Positions 38,755 through 51,524 of a stretch of DNA of 64,000 nucleotides are shown here, in pieces; position 1 is the first letter of the stretch, and each line of letters opens with the position of its first letter. Both the position numbers and the translations under genes were made by a program. This DNA comes from Epiperipatus broadwayi (lineage: Eukaryota; Animalia; Onychophora), in the NCBI GenBank assembly GCA_028023455.1, contig JAQFVV010000005.1, forward strand, positions 12,710,001-12,774,000, read 5' to 3'. Under the pieces are notes generated by a model that was not told the origin of the DNA, did no database searches, and saw only the letters and a program-made list of their open reading frames with translations.

Positions 38755-39600
38755 AGTGGCTTTATTCCCAGGAGAAGATAAAATCACTATCTAAGATTTC
38801 AATTGGCAGCTGAAAGTGAAATATGCTAAGAATCTGCTAATTGCAAACATAGAGTGCCATTCAGTGATGAACCTTTTATAAAGATACTTATAACAGTAGT
38901 TCACTTTCAAGTGAAGGAAGATTGCATAAATTAGAAAAGCTATCTAAGATTAAATGGAATGTTGATGGCTTTGTAGATTTAAAAGAAAAAAAAAAAGATT
39001 TAAAAAGTGGGCCTGTATTTCACTACAAAGGCATAAGTGAATTGGGATTTGTTATAAATAAAAAAGTTGAAAAACAACATTGTGAAGATTGATCAGGTAT
39101 CAGATAGAGTAGTAAGATTAGTTATTCAACTTAATGAAAGATACATATGCAGATATTTCATGTTTTGCCCCCAATAAGTTCTCATTGTAATGAAATAGAG
39201 AATTTTTGTATGATTTTTGATCAAACATTTTAAACTTATCTTGGGAGACTTTGATGCTAAAATTGGTAAACGATTTAAAGATGAAACTCTCATGACTAAA
39301 TTTAATTATGGTGATAGAAATAAAACAGGATATAGACTTGAGGGATTTTCAGAAAAAGAAAAAGTATATTAGGAATTTTTCTTTGGAAAAAAAGGTTAAA
39401 TGGAAATGGAGATGAAAGCATCTAAATAAAGATACATTTTAATTAATAGAAAATATGTATTTTAAGATTGTACAGGAAGTGATCATTGATTAGTGAGATG
39501 TAAAAAATGAGTTACTGTGAAACTAGAGAGACAAAAATTATTAAGGAAAACAGTATTCACAATCAATATTTCTAACTTTCTAAACAGATCTTAATTATGA
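38755..39600 (+). mobile_element. Decayed RTE-clade LINE 5' region and apurinic endonuclease domain
   Basis: Homologous to 3030-3260; GFVINKK, DQVSDRVVRLVIQLNERY, LILGDFDAKIGK motifs. Confidence 0.8.
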
Positions 39601-40172
39601 AAACTATATTCATATCAAATGAAAATATTAGCCAAGTAACTCTTGCAACAAAAAATCTACTATTAATGTAGTGATATATATTGTCTCCTAGTTTCTTTTC
39701 AGACTTTTTAGTAATATTTACTCCTTAACATAATATTTATTTATTGTTCATTTATTATTATTCAAATATTATATATTCATAGTTGCATCAAACTATGCAA
39801 GTTTATTTGTAACTAATTGTTAATCATGTGTATATTTACTATAAATAACAATTATTATAACAACATCAACAATAGTTTCTATAATGATCCATTTATATGT
39901 TTCAATTGTATAATAAACTGCCATGTGTGGTTTGATGCAATGGTAAAATAGTAGATTCTGGAATTTAAGGTTCCTGAATCATGCCCAGCTGTGATACTTC
40001 AATCCTTGAACTTCTTATGAATTTTCAAGTAATAAAGCCATTCAATTATTTATTTATTGTATAATAAGTATAATAAACTAATTTTCACAATGAACAAGTT
40101 GTAATAAAATATATTTTTAAAAGCAGTAAATTTTAAGTCATGTAATTTTAAGATTACTATTATAAGATTCTG

Positions 40173-40370
40173 ATAAACAAAGCAAAACTCTCCATACAGT
40201 AGTGCCACCTTGTGCCAACAAGAGTAATCAATAAATGCCAGAAGGCTTGTGCATAAAATCCCTATCTAATGCCTATTCTGGTTGGTACAGGGTGGCACTA
40301 CAGTATGGAGAGTTTTGCTTTGTTTATAAACAATTATGTGCTAGTATAAGAGATAGTGATCATGTGATGC
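40173..40370. repeat. Penelope-like repeat: inverted fragment plus forward 3' end (hairpin)
   Basis: ataaacaaagcaaaactctccatacagtagtgccacc / ggtggcactacagtatggagagttttgctttgtttat, ending in gtgatcatgtgatg. Confidence 0.75.
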
Positions 40371-40914
40371 TTAATGGTTTAAGATTCTGATAGATATTAC
40401 AATGTTATTTTTCTAAACTTTTTTTTTAAAAAAATTAGTGGGATTTCATTATTAGCACATTTCAATATATAAAAATATATATAACATCGTTTCCACACAG
40501 CATGTATAAAAACTTAAATGGTGAATGAAATAAATTTGTCTATATTTTATCAAAAACTTCCCTCTGATTTTTTTATTAAGAATTTACCTCAAAATAACTT
40601 TGTTTAAATGTAATAACATGTACATGATATAATTATAGTAACATATACAGTCATGATTATCTAGAGGATAAATAGTATGTGTGTATAAAATTGATTTACA
40701 CTCTTTAAGTATATATTACAGTTGGTTAATAAATGTAAAATCTTCAGTAAAATAAAGTAGTATAAAATAAATGTGAATAGAATTAATTAAGAGTAAGGTA
40801 ATAAAATTGAAATGATTATTTATAATGGTAAGGTTAAAATGTATGTTTTATTTTGTGTATTTAATTACGTATATGAATATGTGTATAAAATGTATTAATT
40901 ATATATTTGGATAT

Positions 40915-40962
40915 TGTAGCTCTGATGATGACTGCAGGATAGTTGAAACTGTTAGAATAAAG
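40915..40962 (+). ncRNA. Degenerate hammerhead-like motif of a second Penelope-type family
   Basis: CTGATGA-T-GACT(GCAGGAT)AGTT-GAAAC-T-GTT followed by AGAATAAA; helix I weak. Confidence 0.45.
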
Positions 40963-41713
40963 TTGTGATATAAAAAATAATATTGTTAAAGTGTTTAAGA
41001 AAGTTGTAAATGGTACTTATAAACATTATTAGCCTATAGTGAGTTAGCATTTTATCTTTGAACCTATAAATTTAATTTTAAAAGTTTAATGTCTTGCATC
41101 ATGGGTAACATTATAAGATTACAATTAGTATATTACATATATCAATTTTGATATTTTATTTTGGATATACTAAAGATGTTTCTATCAAGTAAAATGAAAT
41201 ATTGTGTTATGATAAGGTATTCTTCTGTTTGAACATTTACAGTGTTATGGATATTTTAGACTTCCCTCCAATACAAATGTAGTTTAACAAATGTTTTCAA
41301 AATAATTTCTTTTTTAATTTGATTATTTCTCATTGAAAAAACACCATCAAAATGTTACCAAAGATATTTTAGAGCCAGTAATTTTGATTATTTTATGAGA
41401 TAGAGATATAAAAAATTTTTAAAGCACTTCTGCAATTAGAAAGTCTTTTTATTTTTATCACATTAAATCTGATTTCACATGTGAAGAAACTTGTAAATAT
41501 AACATTTGCTAAAATTTTCTTAACTTTGGAAGAAGTAGACTGAATTTATTATTTTCAAAAGCAGTTGATTCTTTGACTAAATTTTTTTCATGAAGGTTCA
41601 CCCATTATTTTGTTATCCACTGTAATTAATGTAATCTGTATTCCTAGTAATTAATAATTTTTTTTTACAGTTGTTTCTTTTTTAAATACATTTTTTAAAA
41701 AACATTAATATAG

Positions 41714-41963
41714 CAATGAGGATTGCCAATTCTTCTACAAGCTTTACGATAAATGCTTAGCCAGAGCCAGCACTTAAATTATCTTTGTCAGGAACCCCTG
41801 ACCATGGTTTCATGCTTTGGCACTCCTCAAAGAGGTGTCAGGGTAGGTTCAGACACTATATCTACCATGGTCAGGGGTTTGGGGGGGGGGCGAGATATTT
41901 TAAGTGCTGGTTCTGGCTAAGCATTTATCATAAAGCTTGTAGAGCAATTGGCAATCCTCAGTG
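41714..41963. mobile_element. MITE-like foldback (~250 bp, ~95-bp arms)
   Basis: caatgaggattgccaatt..tctacaagcttta.gataaatgcttagccaga.ccagcacttaa / reverse complement at 41890-41963; cccctgaccatggt / accatggtcagggg; no clear TSD. Confidence 0.8.
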
Positions 41964-43487
41964 TTTATAACTTACAAGCTTAAGAGATAGGGTCATGTGA
42001 TCTATGAGTCTTATTTTGATTAATATAGCAATCTCTATATTAATTGCATTTGGCTTCAAGCATTTTTATGGATAGTGAAAATGTAAATAATAGTAAAACC
42101 TTATATAATAAACATGTTTAACATAGTATGTTCCAGAAAAAAAATGACAGGTTTGTTCTCCAAACTTTTTTGCAATGATATTTCCATATCAATGAATGTG
42201 TTACATAGTGACCTATCCTAGCTTATCCACCATAAAAATTTTAAGGGACTAGTATGCCTGGATGATAATTTTGGCATTAAATATGGCAATAGTGTTTTTT
42301 ATCTTTGTAGTTTATCTATAATGATCTCTCTGTCATCAGAAAATTTGGCAAAGAACTTGACAATCTTCATGAAATTCATGGTTTCACTGCCATATACAAT
42401 TTGAATCATTTAAAATGTTTAGTAGCAGTTTTTCCCAATTTAAGACAAAAAAAATTAATGTTATCATATTATTATGAGTAAATTAAGGGACAAAACACAG
42501 TCACATTTAATGTTATAACTCAAATTTAGAGAAGTTAGTACCTTTAAATTTTTATTGTGAATATCTAAAATATACCACTACATATACATGCATTGATTTA
42601 GAAATGGTCCTGCAAATAACTTGTAAAGAGATCCAATCACCTTTTTACCGAAACACACTGAACATATTTATACCTATGATACAATTTAATTTTAAAATGT
42701 ACTATTTTACATATTAACAAAAATAATTAACAAAAAACACAAAAAGAATAATGCAATTATAAAAAAGACAATGCAGTAATAAATCGAGAGAGAGAAAGAG
42801 AGCAACCACATGATAGGTTAAATGTACACTTAGTATGGAAGATGAGAAAATGGCTGACTAATCGAGAAATGAATTATAATAGTAAACATGAGCAGTTACA
42901 TGAAACTTATGAATTCATATTTATAAATTTCTGATTTTTTATTTAATATTTTTTTAATTCATAGATTATTGAAGTTGGATATGAGACTTTCCAATGACAT
43001 TTTTTTCCAGGTATTTCTATTACACAATTCCTTTAAAAGAATGTTCTAGCAACCAATTTTTTTAAAAAGAGATTACTTTTGAAAATAATATGGGAACAAT
43101 TATATTATTTTTATATAACTTTGAATTAAAATGAATTCTAGATGAAAATTAGAAGATATTGTATTTAACACTCTGTGCAAATTCAGCACAAACATGGATT
43201 CAGAGAAGTTCCAAAATCAATTCTCAACTGAGTAACATAAATAAGACAAAAAATTTGATCATATTAATGGAACAGCTCCTTCTGACATTAAATACTTAAA
43301 CATCAAATGACAACTTGGACAATATATCATAAGATTTATTTTTATTGTATTTAATAAATCCAAGCAATTTATATATTACTTTATTGAATTTAATAAGTGA
43401 GAATGAATTAAAATAGCTCTTTAACTAAAATAAAAGCGTTTTAAGATTAATTTTTACATATAAAAAACATGATCACAACTAACTTAC

Positions 43488-43569
43488 CCATTTTCATCAG
43501 TGACTTTGAATGAGTATGAGCCATCTAATGTTCTTGCACTACAGTTTGTTGCTTTTGCACCATAAATAG
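43488..43569 (-). CDS. ZP-C exon
   Basis: ttctgcag|CTATTT...AAATGG|gtaagt; phase 1-2; IYGAKATNCSARTLDGSYSFKVTDEN(G). Confidence 0.93.
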
Positions 43570-43649
43570 CTGCAGAAAATAGAAAAAGTTTTAAAAAAGA
43601 TTGTAAAATGAAAGAAATTTTACTAATTAACTTTGTAAATTCAATTCAC

Positions 43650-43792
43650 TTTTGGGGGTTACATCAATCCTCAGAACCAGCTCTTCACCCAAGACTGCTT
43701 TAGAAACTTCTCTGCCTTCTTTGGTTAATATCTTTATACTGTGTTCTGGTGATGGTCCAGAATTACCAATGGTGGCACGGCTTGTTGCCATA
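43650..43792 (-). CDS. ZP interdomain/ZP-C exon
   Basis: atttttcag|TATGGC...CCCAAAA|gtgaat; phase 2-1; MATSRATIGNSGPSPEHSIKILTKEGREVSKAVLGEELVLRIDVTPK. Confidence 0.92.
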
Positions 43793-44169
43793 CTGAAAAA
43801 ATTCAAATACAAAATTGCCGAAAAATAAGTTATTTAGAAGCAAATCATTGCAGTTTTATTTGATATGATATTTTAAAAACAAAAATAATTTTTATAAAAC
43901 CAATTCAAATATCACATAATTCTATTGACTTACTTCGTTGCATTAAACAGTGATGATTTCTATCTACACTCTCAGTAATAAATTAATCATAGGTTCACAC
44001 AAAAGACATTAGATGGCACTAGTTTAGGAGAAAGAAGAACTGACATAGGGAAGTTATAATAATAAAAAGTAGTCACTCATAATGAATATGGCCATTTTTA
44101 TTCTGAGAGAAAAAACTACTCTAATAATGAGTTTTGTAATGATTATATAAATCAATCTGTGAAACACAA

Positions 44170-44450
44170 ATACATCCTGACAGTTCATGTCGATCCATTT
44201 TTCTGTTTGCTTGATAAATAACAATGTTATCTTTTAATTTCTTCAGCAGAAAACTTTTCTTTTTGAAATACTTCAATATCATGTCTAATTATAGTTCTCC
44301 AATATATTTTTTTCTCTGCCATATCTTCCCAATGAAAACATTTGCCATTGCACTTCTTAATAAAATGTCTTTGAGTTTTAATCATTATAAGATAGTGGGA
44401 TCTACCTCTCCCATGAAAACCACATTCAAATATATTATAAAATACGTTTT
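44170..44450 (-). mobile_element. Decayed RTE-type LINE C-terminal fragment
   Basis: IKKCNGKCFHWEDMAEKKIYWRTIIRHDIEVFQKEK resembles the RTE C-terminal WE..A.DR..WR..I...I..F pattern. Confidence 0.55.
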
Positions 44451-45644
44451 TGAGAAATCTTGTGTTGTTTATTTGTTTTACACGTCTAATACAATGAAAA
44501 TGTAATTTTACAATGTTGGATTTTATAATAATATATTAAGGAAATTGAAGAACACATTGATTTGTCTTATGATCTTGTTATTGTATTTCTAAAATTTTAT
44601 GAAGTATTCTTAAACAAAACTTTTTTCTAATGTCTTTAGGGTGTTCAAATCTTACTTCCATACAATAAATTAAGTAAATATTAGCTCTCTATATAACTAA
44701 CTTGATAACAATAATTTCTCTGTAATGAATACTCTATCTTTTAACTTGTTAAAAGCAGCACGAGATTGGAGTCCATATTGCATATCGATATCTAAGTCCA
44801 CCGTTCCACTTATAAACCTATCAAGGTACTCAAACTAGTTTACATTAACACAGAGGCAATACTCTCCATACAGTAGTGGATGGTGATCATGTGATGTTTA
44901 GTAGTTAATATTAAATAAGTTGTAATTGAAATGAAAATAATTGTACTTTCCACCCAGTTATGTAAATGTCATCAACTGCAAAAAGATAGAATAATACCAA
45001 TCTATCTTTTGGTTCTGTTGTTATATATGCTTAGTTTTTTGAATAGACCAAATTCACCCTATAGTTTAAAACTACAGCTTATATAATAACAGAATTAAAA
45101 AATAGATTGATACCATTCTATATTTTCATAGTTATTGATATTTCATAACTCAGTGAAAGATACAGTTACTTTTGTTTCAAAAACTTATATTTAAAATTAT
45201 GATTATTTATTATTAAGTTGATAACTATTCAAGATAAAAGTTGCTGAAGATTTTTCTTCTATCAAAGAATGATAAAGAACTTGAGTTTTTTTTTAATATT
45301 AATTATAAACCAAAATCTTAATATGTGATATGTTGGATTGTTTCCATCATCTATGATTAAATGTTGAATGTATAAAAAAATTTAAATTTTATGTAAACTT
45401 TTCAAATACAAACAATTTTTTTTTCCTCAAAAAGTTTATTAGTTCTATAATGGAGTTACATAGTAAAAGGAACTAGTCCTAATTATTAACAGTCCTGTTG
45501 AGTTGAGAGTAGTATTTTAATCCCTATAGTTAAGGAATGCTTCAACAGCCGAACAGTTCTCACGAATGTAATTTGTCCATTGTTACTAGATTCCAAGTAG
45601 CGTTAAATATGAAAGGTGGTGCCAATCTCTTCTCTCTCTTTGAT

Positions 45645-48028
45645 TTTTTTATTGGGGGATATAAAGTTAAGTGTGATGGATCATCATCATCATCATCAAC
45701 CATTATCAATCCACTGCAGGATGAAGGTCTCTCCAAGTTTAATCCATCTTCTCCGATCTTTAGCTTCTCTTCTCCACAACACCCCTGCACATTTTCTTAT
45801 TTCATCCATCCATCTCACATGTGGTCTCTTTCTGGGTCTTTTACAATCTCTTGGAATCCAGTTTAAAATTTCAATTGTCCATCTATTATCATCTCTTCTA
45901 GCAATATGTCCAGCCCAACTCCATTTCAATCTTTTAATTTTTTCAATAAGGTTAGTAACACCTGTTTGTTGTCTTACCCATACATTGCATTTTCGATCTC
46001 TTCTTGTTACTCCCAACATACATCTCTCCATACTCCTTTGAGTGGTCTGAAGTCTCTGTATTGCTCTTCTATTAAGTGTCCAAGTCTCAGATCCATAAGT
46101 AAAAACTGGTAAAACACATTTGTTAAAAACCATCCTTTTCAAACACATAGGCATATTTCCTTTTAGTATCAAGTTATTTCTACCAAAAGCACTCCAACCA
46201 AGTTTAATTCTATGATTAATTTCCTCCATTATGTTTCCATCTGTATTAATAATCTGACCAAGGTATTTGTAACTGTTAACTTCTAATTTTTCATAATCAA
46301 TCTTTATTTTCATATTTTGAGCAAATCAATTAAACATTACTTTAGTCTTTTTAACATTTATCTTTAGTCCTACTTTTCTACTTCCATCTGCTAACTCCTG
46401 CAACATTTCCTGCAGCTCTGAAGCATTATTTGCAAAAACAACTACATCATCTGTGAAATCTAAATGACTTAAATACTCTCCATTTACTTTCACTCCTTTA
46501 GTTTTCCATTTTAATCCACAAAATACTTCTTGCAGCACTGCTGTAAAGAGTTTTGGAGATATGGAGTCACCTTGTCTTACACCTTTCTCAATGTTGATTT
46601 TTCCAGTATCATTATGTAATCTAATTGTTGCTGTTGCATTTTTATAAATATTCTTTAAAATATGACAATATCCTGGATCTATACCTTGATGATCCAATGC
46701 TTTAATCACTGAAGAAATGTGTATAGAATCGAATGCCTTTTCATAATCTACAAATCCAAAACATAATGACAACTCATATTCGTTTGTCCTTTCTATGACT
46801 TCTCTCAATACCTGGATATGATCTATTGTACTAAAACCACTTTTAAATCCAGCTTGTTCTCTTGGTTGGTTGGTGGATAGATATAGTTATTTGGAAATCA
46901 TCTTAAATAATCAGGAAAATTGCTTGGTTGAATGGGAGAAAAAATTGGTAAATGAAGCAAAGAAAAGAAAGGGTTTAGTAAAGAAATTAACAGTGTTTTC
47001 ATATAATAAATATGATGTAGCTAGAATTGTATGGAAGGGAGTTGTAGTAGCAGGGTTAACATATGGTAATTATGTCTTATGTGTTAGTAAAAGGGTATTA
47101 GATTACTCAGAGAAAGTACAAAGAGAAATAGGAAGACATGCATTAGATGCAGAGGTATGGACACCAAAGGAGGCAATTCAATGAGAAATGGGATGGTCAC
47201 GTTTTTATGAGAGATGCAAAAAGTAAAATGAAAATTTTTGGTAGGTTGCAGTTTATGGATAATAAAAGAATAGCCAAAATAGTATTTAATTGGGTTATGA
47301 GTAAAGGGCAGGCAACAAGATGGGTGAGAAAGGTAATGCAGTATGCAAAGGATTTGGATAAAGAATTTATATCAGTATATTTGTATAAAAGGTGGGATGA
47401 TTGTGTTAGGAGGATTGTTGAGTGTTATAGTGGGAAGGAATGGGATAAAAGAATAGATGCATTAATAAAGAATAGGGAGTTGGAGAGATGGAGAACTAGT
47501 ATGGAGAGTAAAAAGAGTTTAAATATGTATAGAAGTAAACGGAACATTGAGTGCAAGTGAATTTATGATAATAGTAAGGAAAGTAGTTTATTGTTTAAGG
47601 CTCGAATGGGATCTTTAGCAACAAGAGATTATACATGTAAATGGGAAAATATGGGTGATTTAGTCTGAAAATTGTGTAAGGAAGATATAGAAAATATTGG
47701 GCATCTGTTGATTGAATGTAAATGCTTGAAAGCAGAAAGGGTACAAATAATGAAGTTATGGGAGAATAAATATGAACAAAGTGATTATACAGAAAGTGGG
47801 TTATTGGTTTTTATGCTGGGTTTGGGAAAAAATAAGGGAGATTTAGATATAAAGGCCATAGAATTGACAAAGATTATGTTGTGGAAATGGGATGGAGCAG
47901 ATTATGGGAAAGCTTAGTGTGGGGAATGGAAGTGGAAGGTAAAGTGGCTAACAGGTTTCTTTGGGCAGAGTTGCCGAGAGATTCCTGACTCCGTTTAATG
48001 AAAAGTCATGGTACATCACATCACATCA
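45645..48028 (+). mobile_element. 5'-truncated LINE family B copy, split by an RTE insertion
   Basis: 45645-45680 plus 46871-48028 are colinear with 18255-19400; C-terminal CKEDIENIGHLLIEC; (CATCA)n tail at ~48013-48028. Confidence 0.92.
45681..46870 (-). mobile_element. 5'-truncated RTE-clade LINE (RT and 3' end) nested in LINE B
   Basis: QPREQAGF..GFSTIDHI, FVDYEKAFDSI, KGVRQGDSISPKLF, YKYLGQ, KWSWAGHIARR; (TGA)n tail; flanked by TGATGGA/TGGTGGA probable TSD. Confidence 0.95.
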
Positions 48029-48944
48029 TTGATGGCCCAGAGCTTTGCAATGAGCAGTTGGTGACAGTTGTGTATGGTGGGATCATAAATAAGTGTGCGC
48101 CTAATAGTCCAATAAGTGAACAGTAAATATGTTATGATCCTTATGCTTGGGAACACTCTGCTGGCGATGAGTGAGTGCATTGAATTTTCAGTCCTATTTA
48201 TGTCGCCACCTCGTTGAATGAATTTAATTAAATTTTATTAATTATTTGTCATTGTCTCTTAATCCGCATGCTTGCTTAGATCAATCTACCTTTGGATAAG
48301 ATACTGTTTTTAATTATTCCCATTGTTTATGTTTGTAGCAGTTTATAAATACTAATTCCCATTCTTTATTTATTGGACAAGCAATCTTTGAGTGAATTTT
48401 AAATTTGCTTATAAACTTTCCTTTACTTATTTAAATTTAACTTTCATTTTCCTTTTTCTTTAACATGCACACATTTTACTTCTTTATGTATTTTGAAATC
48501 AACCTTATTTATGCACACTTCCCTCATTCTTAAATAAATTGAGAAATTTTTTAGTTTTTTTCAAGATTTCTTTTTTTTTTTTATAGTTGTGTTTTGTTTT
48601 TTTTTAAAAAAAAAACTTCAAATTTCTACATTAAACTTCTCTTTATTAAATTTTTAATTATTTCTTTCAACGAAATTTACCTCAATCATTTATTGATAAT
48701 GATTCCGTAATGTTTTTATTTCTTTAAAATTTTTTTTCCTTTTTTTATAAATCTTTAAGCTGCTTAAAAATTATTTTTATCTTATTTTTTTAATAAAAAT
48801 TAGGGACATGTAACAGGAGGGAGAAAGAGGAGGAAAGACTATAAGGAAGAGTGGGATGAAGGAGAGTTAGACATAATAAATACAGCATTATTTCTAAAAT
48901 TATGTGTAATTTCTACTCTTGACTAATGAGCCAAATGATGTTAA

Positions 48945-49032
48945 TAAACATTTTAGCACCTCTTTATTTACTAAATTGGTCATTGTGCATTGGCTGAACA
49001 ATGTAGTAAGTAAAGAGATGCTAAAATGTTTA
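48945..49032. repeat. Small inverted repeat (29-bp arms)
   Basis: taaacattttagcacctctttatttacta / tagtaagtaaagagatgctaaaatgttta, 2 mismatches. Confidence 0.8.
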
Positions 49033-49290
49033 CTAATTGTATTTGGATTATTAATTAAGCATGCTTTATTATTTTTTCATGAAGTTTGATAGATAGTTTA
49101 TAAAATTACGAAGCTTACATTTACATTATTTTTATTGCACTTACAGCTTTGCTTTTTTTTTTTATTTATTTAATGAACTGAATATATTCTATAATTAGAT
49201 GTTATCTATACATCTATAGAATTTTAATGAATTGGACTGAACTGAATTACAAAATAACTTTAATTTTGTTCTAAACAATATGTAATTTAC

Positions 49291-49421
49291 CTGATATTGT
49301 AGCTGTATTTAAGATTAATAACATCTTGGTCATTATAATTACATCTGATGAGGAAGGCAACAGCATTATGGGTAACTAACTTTGGATGATTCTGGATTAC
49401 TAATGTGTAATGTGCTTCTTC
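49291..49421 (-). CDS. ZP-N exon, second half
   Basis: ttattttag|GAAGAAG...ATATCAG|gtaaat; phase 0-2; EEAHYTLVIQNHPKLVTHNAVAFLIRCNYNDQDVINLKYSYNI (VIQxHPxLVT...CxY motif). Confidence 0.92.
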
Positions 49422-49693
49422 CTAAAATAAAAATAAAAATTGGAAACATTATTACATTAGTTACAATAATGACATGGTTTTTATTTCATGATCAATTACA
49501 TACTGCCTAAAAGTAATTACATGAGAAAATGTCCAACTATTAATCCCAATACAATTTTAGAATATTCAAATAATTTTAATACTTCTATAAATAATTAAAT
49601 ATATATCTTGATAATATACAATCTTATATATGGAACCCTAAGTCCAAATATGCTACTGTAATAACAATTTACAAGACAAACTTAGAGGGTCAT

Positions 49694-49802
49694 GTCAAGC
49701 ATTGGTGGTCGAGAGGTCAGTGATGGCTGCTTTACATGCAGTTGTCCTGGGGTTAGCGGGTTCACGTCCCGGCTGATGCGATGACACATGAGAAAAAAAA
49801 AA
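49694..49802 (+). mobile_element. tRNA-derived SINE-like head with A-tail
   Basis: A-box-like TGGTCGAGAGG, B-box-like GGTTCACGTCC, ends in an oligo-A run; no tRNA cloverleaf. Confidence 0.5.
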
Positions 49803-50379
49803 CTTAGAGTGTCATTTTAACAACTAAATAGCAATGATATGAAAAAGAGAGCATTATTTAAAAGTTCATTAAAAATGGCCATCTAGATATAGTTGCTCCA
49901 TGTTTAAGATTAGCTTTAGAATATATTATAAATTTTGATTGCAATCACTTGTCCTTAATTACACACAAAAGGAAAACAGTCACGAATAGTTCACTGCAAG
50001 GTAATGATCTTTTCAGGTTTTTTTCTTAAACTAATAGAGAGAAAAATTAATCAGATCAAATTTCCTTTCTTGTTTTATCCTCTATCAAATATGAGCTAGA
50101 TGATGTTCATTCACCAATTAAAAATTGCAACACTATTTGGGTTAGCTATAGAACATCTACTAAAAATAAATCCTAAGATTGTTGGTATATTCTCAGCAGC
50201 CAATAAGAATTTCTAAATCAGATATATATTTCACCACAAATCTTTTTTTATAGATATGCTATGAAGTTAATAACAGAAACATTTATTTTGGTATTACATT
50301 TTTATCATCATGCAACACAGAAATAGAAATACATATCAAAGTTAAGAAACTTAGGGAAGAGATAAAACTATCTGATGGC

Positions 50380-50510
50380 AAATTGAAATAATCTTATAAA
50401 GAAGAACTACCAAACCACATAAGTCTTAACAAGATCCAAAATATGGAAAATTGAAATCATCTTATAAGAAGAACTACCAAACCACATAAGTCTTAACAAG
50501 ATCCAAAATA
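50380..50510 (+). repeat. ~65-bp tandem duplication
   Basis: aaattgaaat.atcttataa(a)gaagaactaccaaaccacataagtcttaacaagatccaaaata x2. Confidence 0.9.
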
Positions 50511-50900
50511 CTGGTGTACAATAAGCTGGATCTCAATACTTGAAAATGTTTAATGTTTCAGTATTTTTACTTAGGATTTTTTTTAGAAAGTCATATTAAA
50601 TTCTAAGCACTTGGAATTCTAAAATAAAAAAGCTTTAATGTAGATATATGTTAAATTGAGATAAATTTTGTCTATAATATCATATTCATAGCAATGAGTA
50701 GTAAATAGGAGATTAGTGGATATGGCATTGTCATTTATGATTTCACTAGAGAAAGAACTAATTCAGTGAAATGCAAACATTTTAGAACATTTAGCTTTTC
50801 AAATCAGATAGCTATATGAGTCTGAATTCAGCTCAGTTTCACCATATAGCAATAGCCTCTGCAATATAGCATCACAAAAGCCTTCAAAGGTACACTTATA

Positions 50901-51524
50901 ATAATTAATAAAACAAGTCATAAATTTCGTAACTTGCTTTTAAGCTTGCATTTAAACTATCACTAGATGGAGCTTACCAATAGCTCTAATCAAGCTTTAT
51001 TTTATAAGTGCCAAAAGAGAAAGAATTCAAAATCTCTATCGGAAAGTCCCTATCTCCAGACCAATTGGTTTTGAGCTTATGGCTCATCTCAGTGGAGCGC
51101 AGGGACTCTAGAAACTAGATCTAAAATACTAACTCAAAAGTCAGCACTTATAAAGGATGTTTCTGTCAATTTGAAAGCCTGAACATTTCAGACATGTGAA
51201 TGTCTTCAAATCCAACTTTACAAACCAGATTAAAAAAAAAGTTCAGACTTTCAAATTGATAGAAACATGTTTTATAAGTGTTGACTTTTGAGTTAGTACT
51301 TTAGATCTAATTTCTAGAGTTCTAGCGCTCCACTGAGGTGAGCCATAAGCTCAAAACCAATTGATCTGGAGATAGGGACTTTCCGATAGAGATTTAGAAT
51401 TTTTTCTCTTTCGGCACTTATAAAATAAAGCTTGATTAGAGCTATTGGTAAGCTCCATCTAGTGATCATTTAAATGCAAGCTTAAAAGCAAGTTACAAAA
51501 TTTATGACTTGTTTTATTAATTAT
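50901..51524. mobile_element. Foldback/MITE element (~620 bp, ~290-bp arms)
   Basis: ataattaataaaacaagtcataaattt...tcaatttgaaag.ctgaac reverse-complemented at 51240-51524; ~50-bp spacer. Confidence 0.85.

Noticed and set aside
43933-43962. Microexon with a perfect GAA|gtaagt donor in the ZP linker intron
   Set aside because: The 30-nt version has an in-frame TAG and the 26-nt version shifts the frame; the direct 49291>43792 join reads correctly.
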